Assembly: GCF_006345805.1 (NCBI RefSeq)
Contig: NW_021824705.1
Coordinates: 1 to 36,142 of the forward strand
Source of the DNA: Octopus sinensis
Taxonomy: Eukaryota
Length of the DNA stretch: 36,142 nt
Reading direction: 5' to 3'
Within the stretch, counting starts at the first letter, position 1, and each line of letters starts with the position of its first letter. Positions 12,845 to 24,567 of the stretch are shown here, in pieces. A program made the translations under genes and the position numbers. The notes beneath the pieces were generated by a model that made no database searches, was not told the DNA's origin, and saw only the letters and a list, made by a program, of their open reading frames with translations.

Positions 12845-13075
12845 CATGGCAATATAACAAGGAGTGTCCATTGGACACTTTGCAACAAGTATGGACTTGA
12901 CAGAGCAAAAAAGTGGTACGAACATAAAACCGAAGGCATCATCGAAAATAATAACGCAAAGATCCTATAGGATTTTATGATTCGGTGCGACCATGAGATA
13001 GAGAATATGAAGCTAGACATAGTGTTAATTGAGAAAAAAAATAAACGATGTTCATTTTTGCAATAAATTTGGTTC
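12845..13075 (+). mobile_element. Second R4/Dong-type fragment (endonuclease region) from a different element
   Basis: VHWTLCNKYGLDRAKKWYEHKTEGIIENNNAKIL*DFMIRCDHEIENMKLDIVLIEKK. Confidence 0.8.
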
Positions 13076-13089
13076 AGGGAGATAGTCAA

Positions 13090-13260
13090 TGCCATCGACC
13101 CGCCCCCATAACGTTACTGGTATTCATTTTATTGGTCGCAAAAAGATGAAGGCAAAGCTAACTTGAGCAGCATTTACGAGTAAATTCAGAATGTAAAGAG
13201 CCAGAAGAAATTCAACAAACATTTTGTTGGGGGCGTTAACGATTCTGCCCGCTCGTGGCT
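13090..13260 (-). mobile_element. SINE family A (degenerate); a second fragment lies at ~13550-13650
   Basis: gttaacgattctgcccgctcg is the reverse complement of the family A 5' end. Confidence 0.7.
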
Positions 13261-13290
13261 TTACTACTACTACTACTACTACTACTACTA

Positions 13291-13322
<32 letters not shown>

Positions 13323-13334
13323 TCACCACCACCT

Positions 13335-13374
<40 letters not shown>

Positions 13375-13406
13375 GACTACTACTACTACTATCACCACCA
13401 CCACCT

Positions 13407-13466
<60 letters not shown>

Positions 13467-13490
13467 TCACTTCTGCTGCTACTGCTGCTA
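13261..13490. repeat. (TAC)n/(CAC) microsatellite
   Basis: Direct inspection; source of the poly-Y/L/S/V pseudo-ORFs. Confidence 0.95.
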
Positions 13491-13774
13491 ATAGTCTCTG
13501 GCCTAGGCGTTCGCCAGCAATAATTTCTGAGTAAGGAGTGGTAAGGAGTGAGTCGAACCATCCATCGACTGCGGTACCTTGACTTGTACCTCTTTTATTG
13601 ACCCCCGGAGAAGTGAAATGCAAAGTTGTTCTGATGAGGTTTGAAACTAATAACGATATTAATGATTTCTATCATTGGTACAAAAGTCTCACAGTTTTGA
13701 GAAGTGAAAGGTGCGCGCGCACACACAAACACACACATATATATATATATCCAGATAGATTGATAGGTGGGTAG

Positions 13775-13940
13775 GTAGAGAGAGAGAAAAAGAAAGAAAG
13801 AGAGAAAAAGAGAGAGAAAGAGAAAGAGAGAGAGAGAAAGAGAAAGGGAGAGAGAACGAGAGAGAGAGAGAGAAAAAGAGAGAACGAGAGAGAAAGAGAG
13901 AGAAGAAGAAAGAGAGAGAAAGAGAAAGAGAGAGAGAGAG

Positions 13941-13987
<47 letters not shown>

Positions 13988-13990
13988 GAG
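13775..13990. repeat. Purine-only (GA)n/(GAAA)n tract
   Basis: Direct inspection. Confidence 0.95.
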
Positions 13991-14151
13991 AATCACGTTA
14001 GTATGAACGACACTCGTGACATTTGCAAATTTTCTCCGACTCTAGGAGGCTTACATTCGGTATTAAAGTACTGCAAATTCACATTTGATTGAAAAAAGAA
14101 AAAAAAAAGAAAAAGAAAAAGACCGAAACAAAAAAGCAAAAGAAAAAAAAC

Positions 14152-14450
14152 AAAAACGAACCCAGACGCCGGAGGGGTTTTCAGTGAAACATCACTTCTC
14201 ACCCCTGAGAAAAGTTAGTCGGAGAGACAGATAGAATAAGTTCTAGGCTTTATAAAACATAAGCCATGGGGTGGATTTGTTCGACTACACCCTTCAAGCT
14301 GGTGCCCCAGCATGACCGCAGTCAAAAGTAACTGAAACAAGTAAAGAAAAGAGAAAAACAACAAAAATACAAAACAACAAAAACAAACCCAGACGTCGGA
14401 AGGGTTTTCAGTGAAATATCACTTGTCATCCCTGAGAAAAAAATCAGTCG
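14152..14450 (+). repeat. ~70-bp direct duplication flanking a 5'-truncated family B SINE (14222-14350)
   Basis: Cores 14161-14213 and 14388-14440 match at 48/53 positions. Confidence 0.8.
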
Positions 14451-14871
14451 AAGTGATTAGTTGAGAAGTTGGCCAATGAAGTACAGAATGAATACAAGAA
14501 GAGGGTGAACCAAATATATTTGAGCGATGATGATACACAGGCGACCACCTTTGGAAGATCATAAGCTTATTGTACCAGCAGAGAAATGTGATGAACTAAA
14601 GGCATCGTATGTCAATGTGCTAACGGTTATAGTATTGCTTACATGATGGTTTGCCAAACTATTTTACCACACGGCCTTTTATATGGTTGCCGCCTGGAAT
14701 GTTTCTATGTCTCACAGCTGTACCGTCCGAATATCTAATTTAAATATCTAATTTTAATAATTTATTTACCACAGTGTGTGTTTCTACACCATTTTGGAAT
14801 AGTTTACATTGAAATTATCTCTTAAAATATTTACTTGGTTTCACGATTAGGGCCTAAGTAAAAACACACAC

Positions 14872-14902
<31 letters not shown>

Positions 14903-15185
14903 ATATATTATATATATATATATATATATATGTAACACACACACATATATAAACATATATACATATGTATATATATATATAATATATATATATATAATAT
15001 ATATATAATATATATATATATAATATATATATATATATTATATATATATTATATTAAAATTAGAGATAAAACCACTATTAGGCAAATCAAACAATGAAAA
15101 ACTTAAGCCAATACATAAAATTAATTAATATATTATTTTAAATATATATCAAAATATTAAAAATTTAATAAAAGATAATGAGTAT

Positions 15186-15257
15186 AACACTACGATCGTT
15201 TCATGGCTGTCCAATTCTTATATTTCGAGTTATGGTTACAGTCAATCTTCAGGTGAT
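15186..15257 (-). ncRNA. Minimal type-I hammerhead ribozyme-like motif (Penelope/retrozyme type)
   Basis: CAC-CUGAAGA-U-UGACUG-[29 nt]-CAGCCA-U-GAA-ACGAUCGU-A-GUG. Intact core, palindromic helix III, GUA triplet. Confidence 0.6.
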
Positions 15258-15364
15258 TGAAATATTTATCTTAGCGAGGTTTTTACTATAAAATTGGATT
15301 CAATCCTAAATCTGATTTTTCCCTGTAAGTTTGGATTTATTCCCTAATATTTTATTATATATAG

Positions 15365-15464
<100 letters not shown>

Positions 15465-15709
15465 AATATCTGTGTATGGTGTGTGTGTGTTTATATACAT
15501 ATATATACATACATACATACATATATATATAATACAAATAAGAAAATGGAGAAACAACTTTAGTTTGTTCATCAACTTACGTTAGATTATTTATTCATTT
15601 TACAAATGAGAACATCAAAAGCATACAAAATATATAAATCAATAGATAAGATAATAATACAAATACAGATTTTAAAGTCATACTATAAATTATTGAAATC
15701 TATAAACTA

Positions 15710-15826
15710 CTTCTTACAGCTGTTTCAATTTTCATTTCCTATAGATGTCAACATATTAGGGTTGTAGGCATTTAGAAACATATAATACTTATATGTTAAA
15801 AGAACCATAGGCCTCGTCAGAGGTTA
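15710..15826 (-). ncRNA. Degenerate hammerhead-like motif
   Basis: CUGACGA-GG-CCUAUGG...CUAUAGG-[11 nt]-GAA-ACAGCUGU-A. Helix I is only 2 bp. Confidence 0.4.
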
Positions 15827-15928
15827 TAATTAACTTTAAAAATATAATAATAATATTAATATACTAAACATGCTGCACGTATTACTTAATATATACAAAT
15901 AAACAATAAACAAATAGCATAATATATA

Positions 15929-15985
<57 letters not shown>

Positions 15986-16004
15986 GAAACAGTTTCTATC
16001 CCAG

Positions 16005-17714
16005 TCAGTCTTCCCGGTTTTCAAACAGGGAAACAGATCCCTCGCACTCAACTATCGCCCAATCTCACTCACCTCCCACGTCATCAAAGTGTTTGAAAGA
16101 GTGTTAAGATCAAGGATGGCTGACTTCCTGGAGACCCAGAAACTCCTAAATACAAATCAGCATGGCTTTCGCTGTGGCAGGGACTGTCTAACACAGCTCT
16201 TACACCACATTGAAGATGTACTCAAAGCCTTGGGATCAGGTTCGAACTCTGATGTCATATATCTTGACTTCAGTAAAGCGTTCGACAGGGTAGACCATGA
16301 TATCCTACTCTCAAAATTGGCAAATGTTGGAATCCGTGGAAAAGTTCTACACTGGATCAAGTATTTCCTGGCGAATAGAACACAACATGTTGTAGTTGAT
16401 GGAGTCCACTCAAGCCCAGCAAAAGTCACCAGCGGTGTCCCCCAGGGGACTGTCTTGGGTCCGCTACTCTTCATAATCTACATAAACGACCTTTCCAGTG
16501 TCGTACATTACTGCAAAGTGAAAATATGCTGATGACACCAAGCTCCAGCAAATCGTCAATGAAGAAGCAGACCGAACTCAACTCCAGTCTGATCTATATG
16601 CTGTGAGTCAATGGGCAGACAGAAACAAAATGCAACTGAACGAGGGAAAATTTGAGCTGATGCATTTTGGAAGAAATTCCTCACTAAAACAGCCATACTC
16701 TCTTCCTTCAGGGGAACCGCTCACAGCCTCTAACAACATCAGAGACCTAGGTGTAATTGTTGATGACGATCTCAGTTGGAGTACACACATCAACAAGAAG
16801 GTCAATATAGCTCGTAGGATGAGTTCCTGGATCTTAAGAACTTTCCGGTCCAGAGAACAAGGTGTCATCATACCACTTTTCTCCTCCTTTGTACGGCCAC
16901 ACCTCGAATACTGCTGTCCACTGTGGTCTCCCCATACAAGACAAAACATCTCGAGGATTGAATCACCACAGAGAGCACTCACTAAACGAATTGAAGGCAT
17001 GGCTGCTCTCGATTATTGGGATCGCCTTAAAGCCTTGAAACTCTACTCTCTCCAGCGTCGCCGTGAGCGGTACATCATTTGTACGATGTGGAGAATATAC
17101 CGCCAAATTTACCCAAACGACCTGAACATAAGCTTCAAGGTTCATCCAAGACTGGGACCACGGGCTATACGTCCCCTGCCCAATTCAAGATCACAGCATA
17201 CTCTTTACTCTTTTACTCTTTTACTTGTTTTAGTCATTTGATTGCGGCCATGCTGGAGCACCGCCTTTAGTCGAGCAACTCGACCCCGGGACTTATTCTT
17301 TGTAAGCCCAGTACTTATTCCATCGGTCTCTTTTGCCGAACCGCTAAGTGACGGGTACATAAACACACCAGCATCGGTTGTCAAGCAATGCTAGGGGGAC
17401 AAACACAGACATATACATATACACTACAACATAATTTCTTTTCCTCAACAGGCCCTCCCTATTTAACATTGTCCCGAAAGAGATCAAAGAGGATCAGGAT
17501 CCCATCAACTTTAAACGGAGTCTGGATAGATTCCTTCAAGGAATACCAGATAAGCCACCCATAATTGGATACAACTCACCCAACAAAAACTACTTGAATG
17601 GACCATAAGCAAAACTTGACTTAAACAGGATTCAAATAATCCTATCAGGTGGTGCTATTAAGTTAGACATGGCCTGGACCAATCATTGGTCGAAACACAT
17701 CTAAGTTATCTAAG
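16005..17714 (+). mobile_element. Relatively young, 5'-truncated CR1-clade LINE (RT and C-terminus), interrupted by a SINE
   Basis: NYRPISLTSHVIKVFE, QHGFR, YLDFSKAFDRVDH, SGVPQGTVLGPLLF, frameshift at YADDTK (~16525), RPHLEYCCPLWSP, LQRRRER. Resumes at ~17420 (TLQHNFF...FKRSLDRFL). 3' stem-loop GACCAA-TCA-TTGGTC and a ctaagttatctaag tail. Confidence 0.93.
17197..17419 (-). mobile_element. SINE family B 3' half inserted into the CR1 LINE
   Basis: Reverse complement of the family B tail with a (TTTTACTC)n end; LINE coding continues on both sides. Confidence 0.85.
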
Positions 17715-17731
17715 TTTATATATATATATAC

Positions 17732-17775
<44 letters not shown>

Positions 17776-17864
17776 TTAGCCCTTCTTAGGGCTACTATTC
17801 ACTAAGTGAATAGTATGTAAGCTTTGCTTATGTACGTATATGTATGTATATATGTATTTTTATA

Positions 17865-17899
<35 letters not shown>

Positions 17900-17901
<2 letters not shown>

Positions 17902-18040
17902 CTCGTTTCCAGCTGGGTACACTGGCAAGCGCTCAGACGATCCAGGTGTGAGGGTTCTTTTTTCTCACGGTCCCAGCGGGTTTGAACCCGGATCGCCGGC
18001 TCCAGAGGCGCAGGGCTACACGACTACGCCAATCTGGCAC
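17900..18040 (-). mobile_element. tRNA(Gln)-like-headed SINE fragment
   Basis: 17970-18040 folds as a damaged cloverleaf (GTGCCAG/CTGGGAC acceptor, CT-CTG-GA loop, GGTTCAAACC B-box). It continues into cccagctggaaacgagt, similar to the SINE C core. Confidence 0.6.
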
Positions 18041-18539
18041 GATGCTGATGATGATGATACACAGGTCCAAAATTTCGAGGAGTAACAAGGGAGCTAATCA
18101 TCAATTGTCTTCGCGCAAATGTAAACTCAAGCCAAATGCATGTTACTGTATCTTGACCCTGTATGTATGTGTAATAATAGCAGTAATTCTTATGAAATTG
18201 CCTTGAATAGTGAATAAGTGTATTTGTCATAAAATAAATAGCATTGGTAATTAGGAACCTCAGTTAGCAAGGAATATATCTTTAAGGTCAGATGAACCCA
18301 AATACGATGGATATTTGTAGGTTTCTTTGTCTGTGTGTGTATGTTTGTGTGTATGTATGTGCAGGTATGTGTTTGTGTGTCTGTTTTGAGTGTTATTGTG
18401 TGTGTCCGTGGTGGATATATATGTTCGTGTGTCATAGAATGTAATACTGTGTGTCGGGAGACAGACGAACTAAGACAATTGAAATGAGGCGACGTTTTAG
18501 TATCTATTGTTAGGCGCCATTGTTTAGTCATGATAATGA

Positions 18540-18727
18540 ATAAAGTGATAACTCAGCAAACATCATCTTTGTCATCATCTTTGTCATCATCGTCATCGTC
18601 ATTATCAACGTCGTTATCATCATCGTGTCATCATCACCATTTTCACCGTCGTCGTCGTCGTGAACATCATCGTCGTCATCGTCATCGACGTCGTCGTTGT
18701 CATCATCATCACCATCATCATCTTCAA

Positions 18728-18770
<43 letters not shown>
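18540..18770. repeat. (CAT/CGT)n cryptic trinucleotide repeat
   Basis: Direct inspection. Confidence 0.9.
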
Positions 18771-18773
<3 letters not shown>

Positions 18774-18862
18774 TATTTTTTCAATTAATCTAATATCTTC
18801 TTGACAGGATTTCGTAACTGTTTATTGATACACCAATATATGTTTTCTCTCTGTTTCTCGCT

Positions 18863-18939
<77 letters not shown>

Positions 18940-19409
18940 TCTCGCTCCCTCTCTCTCGCTCATCCCACCTCATATTTTTATCATGAGTTTCCGGTTTCGA
19001 TCCCAGCACGTGACAAACGTGTTTTTTCATTGGCAAACGTGTTTTTTCATCCACATCCTCAGGTTGGTAAAAGTCAATCTCCATTCGATTCGATCTCAGA
19101 ATATACAGAAATGTAATAATATACTGCAAATAATTTAGCATAGCACACTACCATTTCTTCCCCAAAATACATTGAGAAAGACACACACAAGAAAGGAAAG
19201 TATCAATCTATCTTAATTGTTGTAAACCAAATAATGTCACTGCAACATCACCGAAAACTGTTATTTGGTATTATTTTGTGTTTCATAAAATACACTTTTC
19301 TACTATAAGCACAAGGGCTAAAATTTCTATAGGGAAGACGGTAAGTCGGTTACATCGACGTCAGTTCTTAGCTATAAGAATGCAGGCAGGATAACAAAAG
19401 TTCACTATA

Positions 19410-19514
19410 CAGTTCTATATTTAAGAGGTGAGGAATTATGTACATTATTTACATTATTTACATTATTTACATTTGACGGATATTTGTCCTCATCTTGTTT
19501 GTTGTTAACACAAC
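19410..19514 (-). mobile_element. Inverted 3' tail of the tRNA-hammerhead element
   Basis: Reverse complement of 19765-19823 and 20811-20863, joined head-to-head with the tRNA-like head at 19515. Confidence 0.8.
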
Positions 19515-19608
19515 GGGCATATGACGTAGTGGTTAAGAGCGCGGGTTACTAACCCCAAGATTCCGAGTTCGATTCCAGGCAGTGACTTGAATAATAATAA
19601 TAATAATG

Positions 19609-19657
<49 letters not shown>

Positions 19658-19823
19658 TATTAATAATAATAATAATATCGAAAAATACCTTAGGAATGAG
19701 AAATCAGGTTCGAAATTCACCAAGACACCTGATGAAGGCTGGAGAGTATATCAGCCGAAATGCTGTGTTTACAACAAAGAAGACGAGGACAAATATCCGT
19801 CAAATGTAAATAATGTAAATAAT
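19515..19823 (+). mobile_element. Composite SINE-like element: tRNA-like head, (AAT)n, hammerhead-like motif, Penelope-like tail
   Basis: A-box TGACGTAGTGG, B-box GAGTTCGATTC, (AAT)n at 19590-19676, GACAC-CUGAUGA-A-GGCUG/CAGCC-GAA-AUGC-U-GUGUU at 19724-19769, and an (ATGTAAATA) repeat tail. Confidence 0.75.
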
Positions 19824-20014
19824 GAAAAGTTCACAGTTCATCTTTTTCCAAAGGATATGGAAAAGGACGAATTGTGATAACGTCGCGTGTCCTGGTCTGT
19901 TTATTCTGGTTTAGCGGGTTCCCAAGAATAGCTAGGAGTATGGAGGTGCGTGCTGGTGTGGATTTCGATGGGCAGCGGCGGATTTGGGATCCAAGATCAT
20001 AGGATGGGAAGAGT

Positions 20015-20160
20015 GCCGATTATATCGACGCTAGCACTTACTTTATTGACCACGAAAGGATAAACGACAAATCGACTTCGGTGGAATTTGAAATCAGAAC
20101 GTATAGACGGACGAAATACCGTTTAGTATTTTGTCTGGCGTGCAACGATTCTGTTGGCTT
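20015..20160 (-). mobile_element. SINE family A (degenerate); further minus copies at ~19290-19380, ~20930-21120, ~21150-21280 and 22920-22982
   Basis: aaatcgacttcggtggaatttgaa and caacgattctg motifs match family A. Confidence 0.7.
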
Positions 20161-20209
20161 GCCACTTCTTGCGTCTAATAAAATGAGTAGCTTTCAGCTT
20201 CCGTTAGGA

Positions 20210-20677
20210 CCCTGGTTCTCAAAGTGGGTGGTATTTTCCCCCCTGGGGGCGATGGAAAGTTCCAAGGCGGCGATAATGAGGTAGCGATTCGTGTAAAATT
20301 TGTGGCGATAATGGGGTAGCGATTCGTGTAAAAATTGCGGCAATATAAGGTAGCGAGTTATGTAAAAATTGTAGTGATAATGAGGTAGCGATTTATATAA
20401 AAATTGTGGCGATAATGAGGTAACGATTCACGTAAAAATTGTGGCGATATAGGGTAGCGATTCATGTAAAAATTGTGGTGATATAGAGTAGCGATTCATA
20501 TAAAAATTGTGGGGATACAGAGTAGCGATTCATGTAAAAATTGTGGCGATTATAGGGCAGCGATTCTTGTAAAAATTGAAATGATAATGGGTCAGCGATG
20601 TTAGTTGGGATGAGGGCGCTAGGAATATGGCGTGGGTGTCAAGAGGTCAGCAGTCCGAAAACGTTTGGGAACCACTG
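20210..20677. mobile_element. hAT (Charlie-like) MITE with an internal 34/35-bp tandem array
   Basis: TIRs ccctggttctcaaa (20210-23) / tttgggaaccactg (20664-77). 8-bp TSD cgttagga / cgttagaa. About 10 units of gtggcgataatgaggtagcgattcatgtaaaaatt at 20267-20598. Confidence 0.85.
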
Positions 20678-20741
20678 CGTTAGAATATGAAAATGACAAT
20701 ATGAGTGATCATCTCATTGAACATAACAAACCATCTCATAG

Positions 20742-20863
20742 TTGTATATTTAAGAGATGAGGAATTATGTACTTTATTTTACATTTGACGGAGGGTATAT
20801 CAGCCGAAACGTTGTGTTAACAACGAGGACTAATATCCGTCAAATGTAAATAATGTAAATAAT
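20742..20863. repeat. Second, rearranged copy of the tRNA-hammerhead element tail, forming a tight hairpin
   Basis: Inverted tail (to ~20792) fused to tatatcagccGAAACGTTGTGTT...tccgtcaaatgtaaataat. Retains the consensus ACGU helix III but lacks CUGAUGA. Confidence 0.75.
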
Positions 20864-21326
20864 ATCATGAAAACATTCATGAAATATCATATAATAACAA
20901 ACATACAAACATGTATAATGGTTTCAAATTTTGACACGATTCTAAGAGTAAGCTGATTACAACGACCTCAGTGTCAACTGCTACTTATTTCATCAATCCT
21001 GACAGAATCAAAGGAAAAGTTGACCTGGGCAGCATTTGAACTCGGGACATAGAGAAGCGGAAAAATGCCACTAGAGAGGTGGGAAAAAATGACGCTCTGT
21101 CCGACATGCTAACGATCTGGCGAAGGCGAACTCACAAACACATAATTCTTTGTACTATAAGGCACAAGGCGTGGAATTTTGGGGGACGTGGATAGTCGAG
21201 TAGATCGACTCTAGTATACCACTGGTGCTTATTTTATCGAGCCTGAAGTGATAGAAGGCAAATTTGACTTTGGCGAAATTTGAATACAACATAAAGAAAC
21301 TGAAGAAACGTCAGGTAGTCTCTTAC

Positions 21327-21539
21327 TTGTGTGATTGCACTTCCATTGCGGACAGCAGACACCGGCAATACTTTCAATTCGTGGATTCGGACAAGTGTCC
21401 GTTGGGTATACAATCTTCAGTGGTGGGCAGATATATTTGCACACAACGTCTCCATTTTTACACGTGCACGTCTCACTGCATGATCGATTAAACGTCTCAC
21501 CCTCGGATAACCATCGAGTGTCCGTGTAGCAACCCAATT
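21327..21539 (-). CDS. Internal coding exon: second VWC domain
   Basis: Acceptor ttttattttccAG (21540-41) and donor GTAAGA (21326). 213 nt, phase 1-1, LGCYTDTRWLSEGETFNRSCSETCTCKNGDVVCKYICPP...CPNPR...VCCPQWKCNHT with 10 Cys. Confidence 0.9.
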
Positions 21540-22981
21540 CTGGAAAATAAAACTGAACTAAGGAAAGCAAGAACAAAACGACATACAACATTTTTTTTTA
21601 ATATCTTAACCATGGAAGGATGTGTAGTGCCCTAAGACATTTGAAGCCCTCCAACGCAGATAAGATGGATATATAAAAGGTCCAACATGAATATCTGCAG
21701 TTCAACGACTGCAGCGGGAAAATGCGAGCGTGGTAGAAAACGAGAGCAGATTTGAATACTTGCAGTTGAATTAAGGAATTCTATTTAAGATACTAAAAAA
21801 ACACAAGAATGTGTTGTTCGACCAGGTGATGTTCTATGCTTATTTTTATTTGGGTGTGTCATGCTGGATCACACTCATCTATTTGAATTAGTTATTGGAA
21901 ATAATTGTTGCCGTTAAATAACATAGGTGGAATTACCGAAGAGAAAAGATACATATAATGAAAAGGGTCAAAGGATGTATAGACCGAAGTATATTGTTGG
22001 CATTTCATATATTTTGTTGGGGATTTGACGAATGTCGGCTTCAGAAATACAGAAGAAAGAAAAGAAAACTTAGGATGTGTGGTAGAGTGAGAAGAGAAAA
22101 AGAACTTGTATAAATAATTATGAAACAGTGATAAATGTATGTATGTATGTATGTATGTATGTATGTATGTATGTATGTACACCATTAATCAGTTTTATTT
22201 CAAGATTTCTTGCCAATAGAGAAAGTACCGGTTTCTAACCTATATCCAAGGCTTCTTCATTAGAATTTCAAAATCAACAACAGGGTATTTTTGTTTGTTT
22301 GTATGTATGTATGTATATGTGCAGATTTGTATGCTTTGCTTTATGTATGTATTCTCATGCATATAGTTGCATATCTAAACAAACACGCTCATATATATTT
22401 AAATGATAAACGCCTGGAAAGTTTTACAGATTTTTACAGTTCCAGTGATGGATTGGATCTGTAATCTTCTAGTGTATGTATGTACGTATGTATGTATGTA
22501 TGTATGTATGTATGTATGTATGTTTACACCCCACCACACGCACAATTATCATATGTTGATGTATGGTCTTTTTTTAAGAACTGTTATATGACTGTGCAAC
22601 ATTAAAGAACTTTGGAAGTCCGTTTGTTATCTAAATCTTATTTTTATAGAACAATCCCTGATGTTTCAGGAGTGTAACCTCACCCCCTTAGATGTTTGGA
22701 GAACTCAGATGCTTTTTCGGCTGATGGGTACGGGTCACTTATATTTACTGCAATATTTGCAGCCTTAATAAAGCTGGTCTTCGTACGAAACAACTGTACC
22801 GAAATATTGATCCATTTTGTTGCTTTTTCTTGTTTATATATATATATATACATAAATAAGCTTGAATTTATATATATGTATGTGTGTGTATATATATGTA
22901 TATATAATGTATATATATATACGGAAGAAATGCCACAAAGCATTTTGCTCGGCATGCTAACGATTCTGCCAGCTAGATGCC

Positions 22982-22982
<1 letters not shown>

Positions 22983-23051
<69 letters not shown>

Positions 23052-23059
23052 TAATAATA

Positions 23060-23090
<31 letters not shown>

Positions 23091-23130
23091 TAATAATAAT
23101 AATGATAATAATAAATAATAATAATAATAA
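22983..23130. repeat. (AAT)n microsatellite
   Basis: Direct inspection. Confidence 0.95.
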
Positions 23131-23365
23131 TACACACATCCTACGCAGAACACTTTCCATACAATAACCATCAGAGCATCACAACAAATCACAGCACATA
23201 CCCAAGGCACACAGAGCTGCGCTCGGTAGTGAAGTGAAAGCACGCATTAAAAATAAAACTACTGAATAATAATAATAATAATAATATAATATCTATACAC
23301 ACACATATATACGCATATATGCACACACGTGTATATACACATACGTATATATCTGTATGTATGTA

Positions 23366-23409
<44 letters not shown>

Positions 23410-23535
23410 AGTGCTTATGTAGTCGAGGTAAATTTAAGACGATAGATGAATAGAGAATTGTTTTTAGAGGAGGTGGTGATTTTGGTGGAGATGTTTGAGT
23501 AATCGAAATAGTATTAGCAGCTGAACCGATGATAC

Positions 23536-24114
23536 CTTTCGCAGGAGTACTGACAGAAATAATCTGTGAGAATGGTGTCAGCACCCGCTTCACTTGTTCC
23601 TTTTTGTCTGCCGAGATTAATTCTTCAACAGGCATTGCGTTATTGCGTCTGCTATTTATATTTCGGCTTTCAACATTTTCTTCCAAAAATCTATGCCGGT
23701 AATTTTGAGTTTTTTCCACGTCAATGCGCACGCGTATGCGGATATAATATTTTGTTCCCGGTTGTAAGTGGTTTACTTGAACGAACACATCTTCTGGTGT
23801 GGATATATTTAGCGAAAGCTGTTGCTTTTTCGAGGAGAAATGTTGCCCTAAAACGTCAGTATATTTTATCGTCTGCTTTTCAAAGAGACGGTCAATGGAT
23901 GATGATATTGCTTGCTGTTTCGTTGAAGACGCATTGAAAAATTCGGTCGACCACTCGATCGTTGCTGTTCCGTTCTGGGTTTGTGTTGCGTGTTGTATTT
24001 CATAACCAATGAGCTGTTTACGGAGTTGGCCGGAAAACGGCGGCGTAAAGCTAATGATCAAAGAACGTGGGTTTTTTACATAGGCAACGAGATTTGATAC
24101 GGCATTCGAATTAG
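23536..24114 (-). CDS. Internal coding exon: fibronectin type III domain with two long insertions
   Basis: Acceptor ttttttttctttatatttccAG (24115-16) and donor aaag|GTATCA (23535). 579 nt, phase 1-1, in frame with both VWC exons. FN3 hallmarks VSNLVAYVKNPRSLIISFTPP, GYEIQH, NHLQPGTKYYIRIR and SQIISVSTP. The donor position is less certain than the acceptor. Confidence 0.85.
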
Positions 24115-24518
24115 CTGGAAATATAAAGAAAAAAAATCAGTCAATCCACCGTTGCGCACAACCCCCCCACACACACACATCAATAAATTGTAAAATGATT
24201 CAAGGGCTAAAATGTGAAGAAGAAGAACAAAAAAAAAAACACTACGAAATCAAACAAAGAAAACAAAGAAATTTATACAAAGTCAAATACACATTAGCGT
24301 CTTAGAACGGTGGATGTTTAGTAAGGTTTATTCGCGTTCTGAGTTCAAACCCTGTGGAAGTAGCCCTTGCCTTTCTTTCTAATGAATCTGGTAAAATAGT
24401 TAATAGTTAAGTCGATCTCACAACACGTGTCGATTGTTAAAAATGTCTAAGGAAAGTTTTAGGAATCCTTCAAACTAATCTTGCTACCTACCTACCTACC
24501 TACCTACCTACCTACCTG

Positions 24519-24567
<49 letters not shown>

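Noticed and set aside
13625-13655. CTGATGA-GGTTT-GAAAC hammerhead candidate
   Set aside because: No helix II can form; it lies in a decayed family A SINE segment.
20267-20598. CRISPR-like periodicity (34/35 bp)
   Set aside because: Contiguous tandem units without unique spacers, inside a hAT MITE in eukaryotic DNA, with no cas genes.
21299-21315. CTGAAGAAACGTCAG, and similar isolated CTGANGA hits at 3611, 5736, 19047, 21415 and 26743
   Set aside because: No helix II or downstream GAAA; several are coding, LINE or splice-acceptor sequence.
21892-22050. Minus ORF after a strong pyrimidine tract
   Set aside because: AAG acceptor; the open frame is phase 0 while flanking exons are phase 1, and the phase-1 frame hits a stop.
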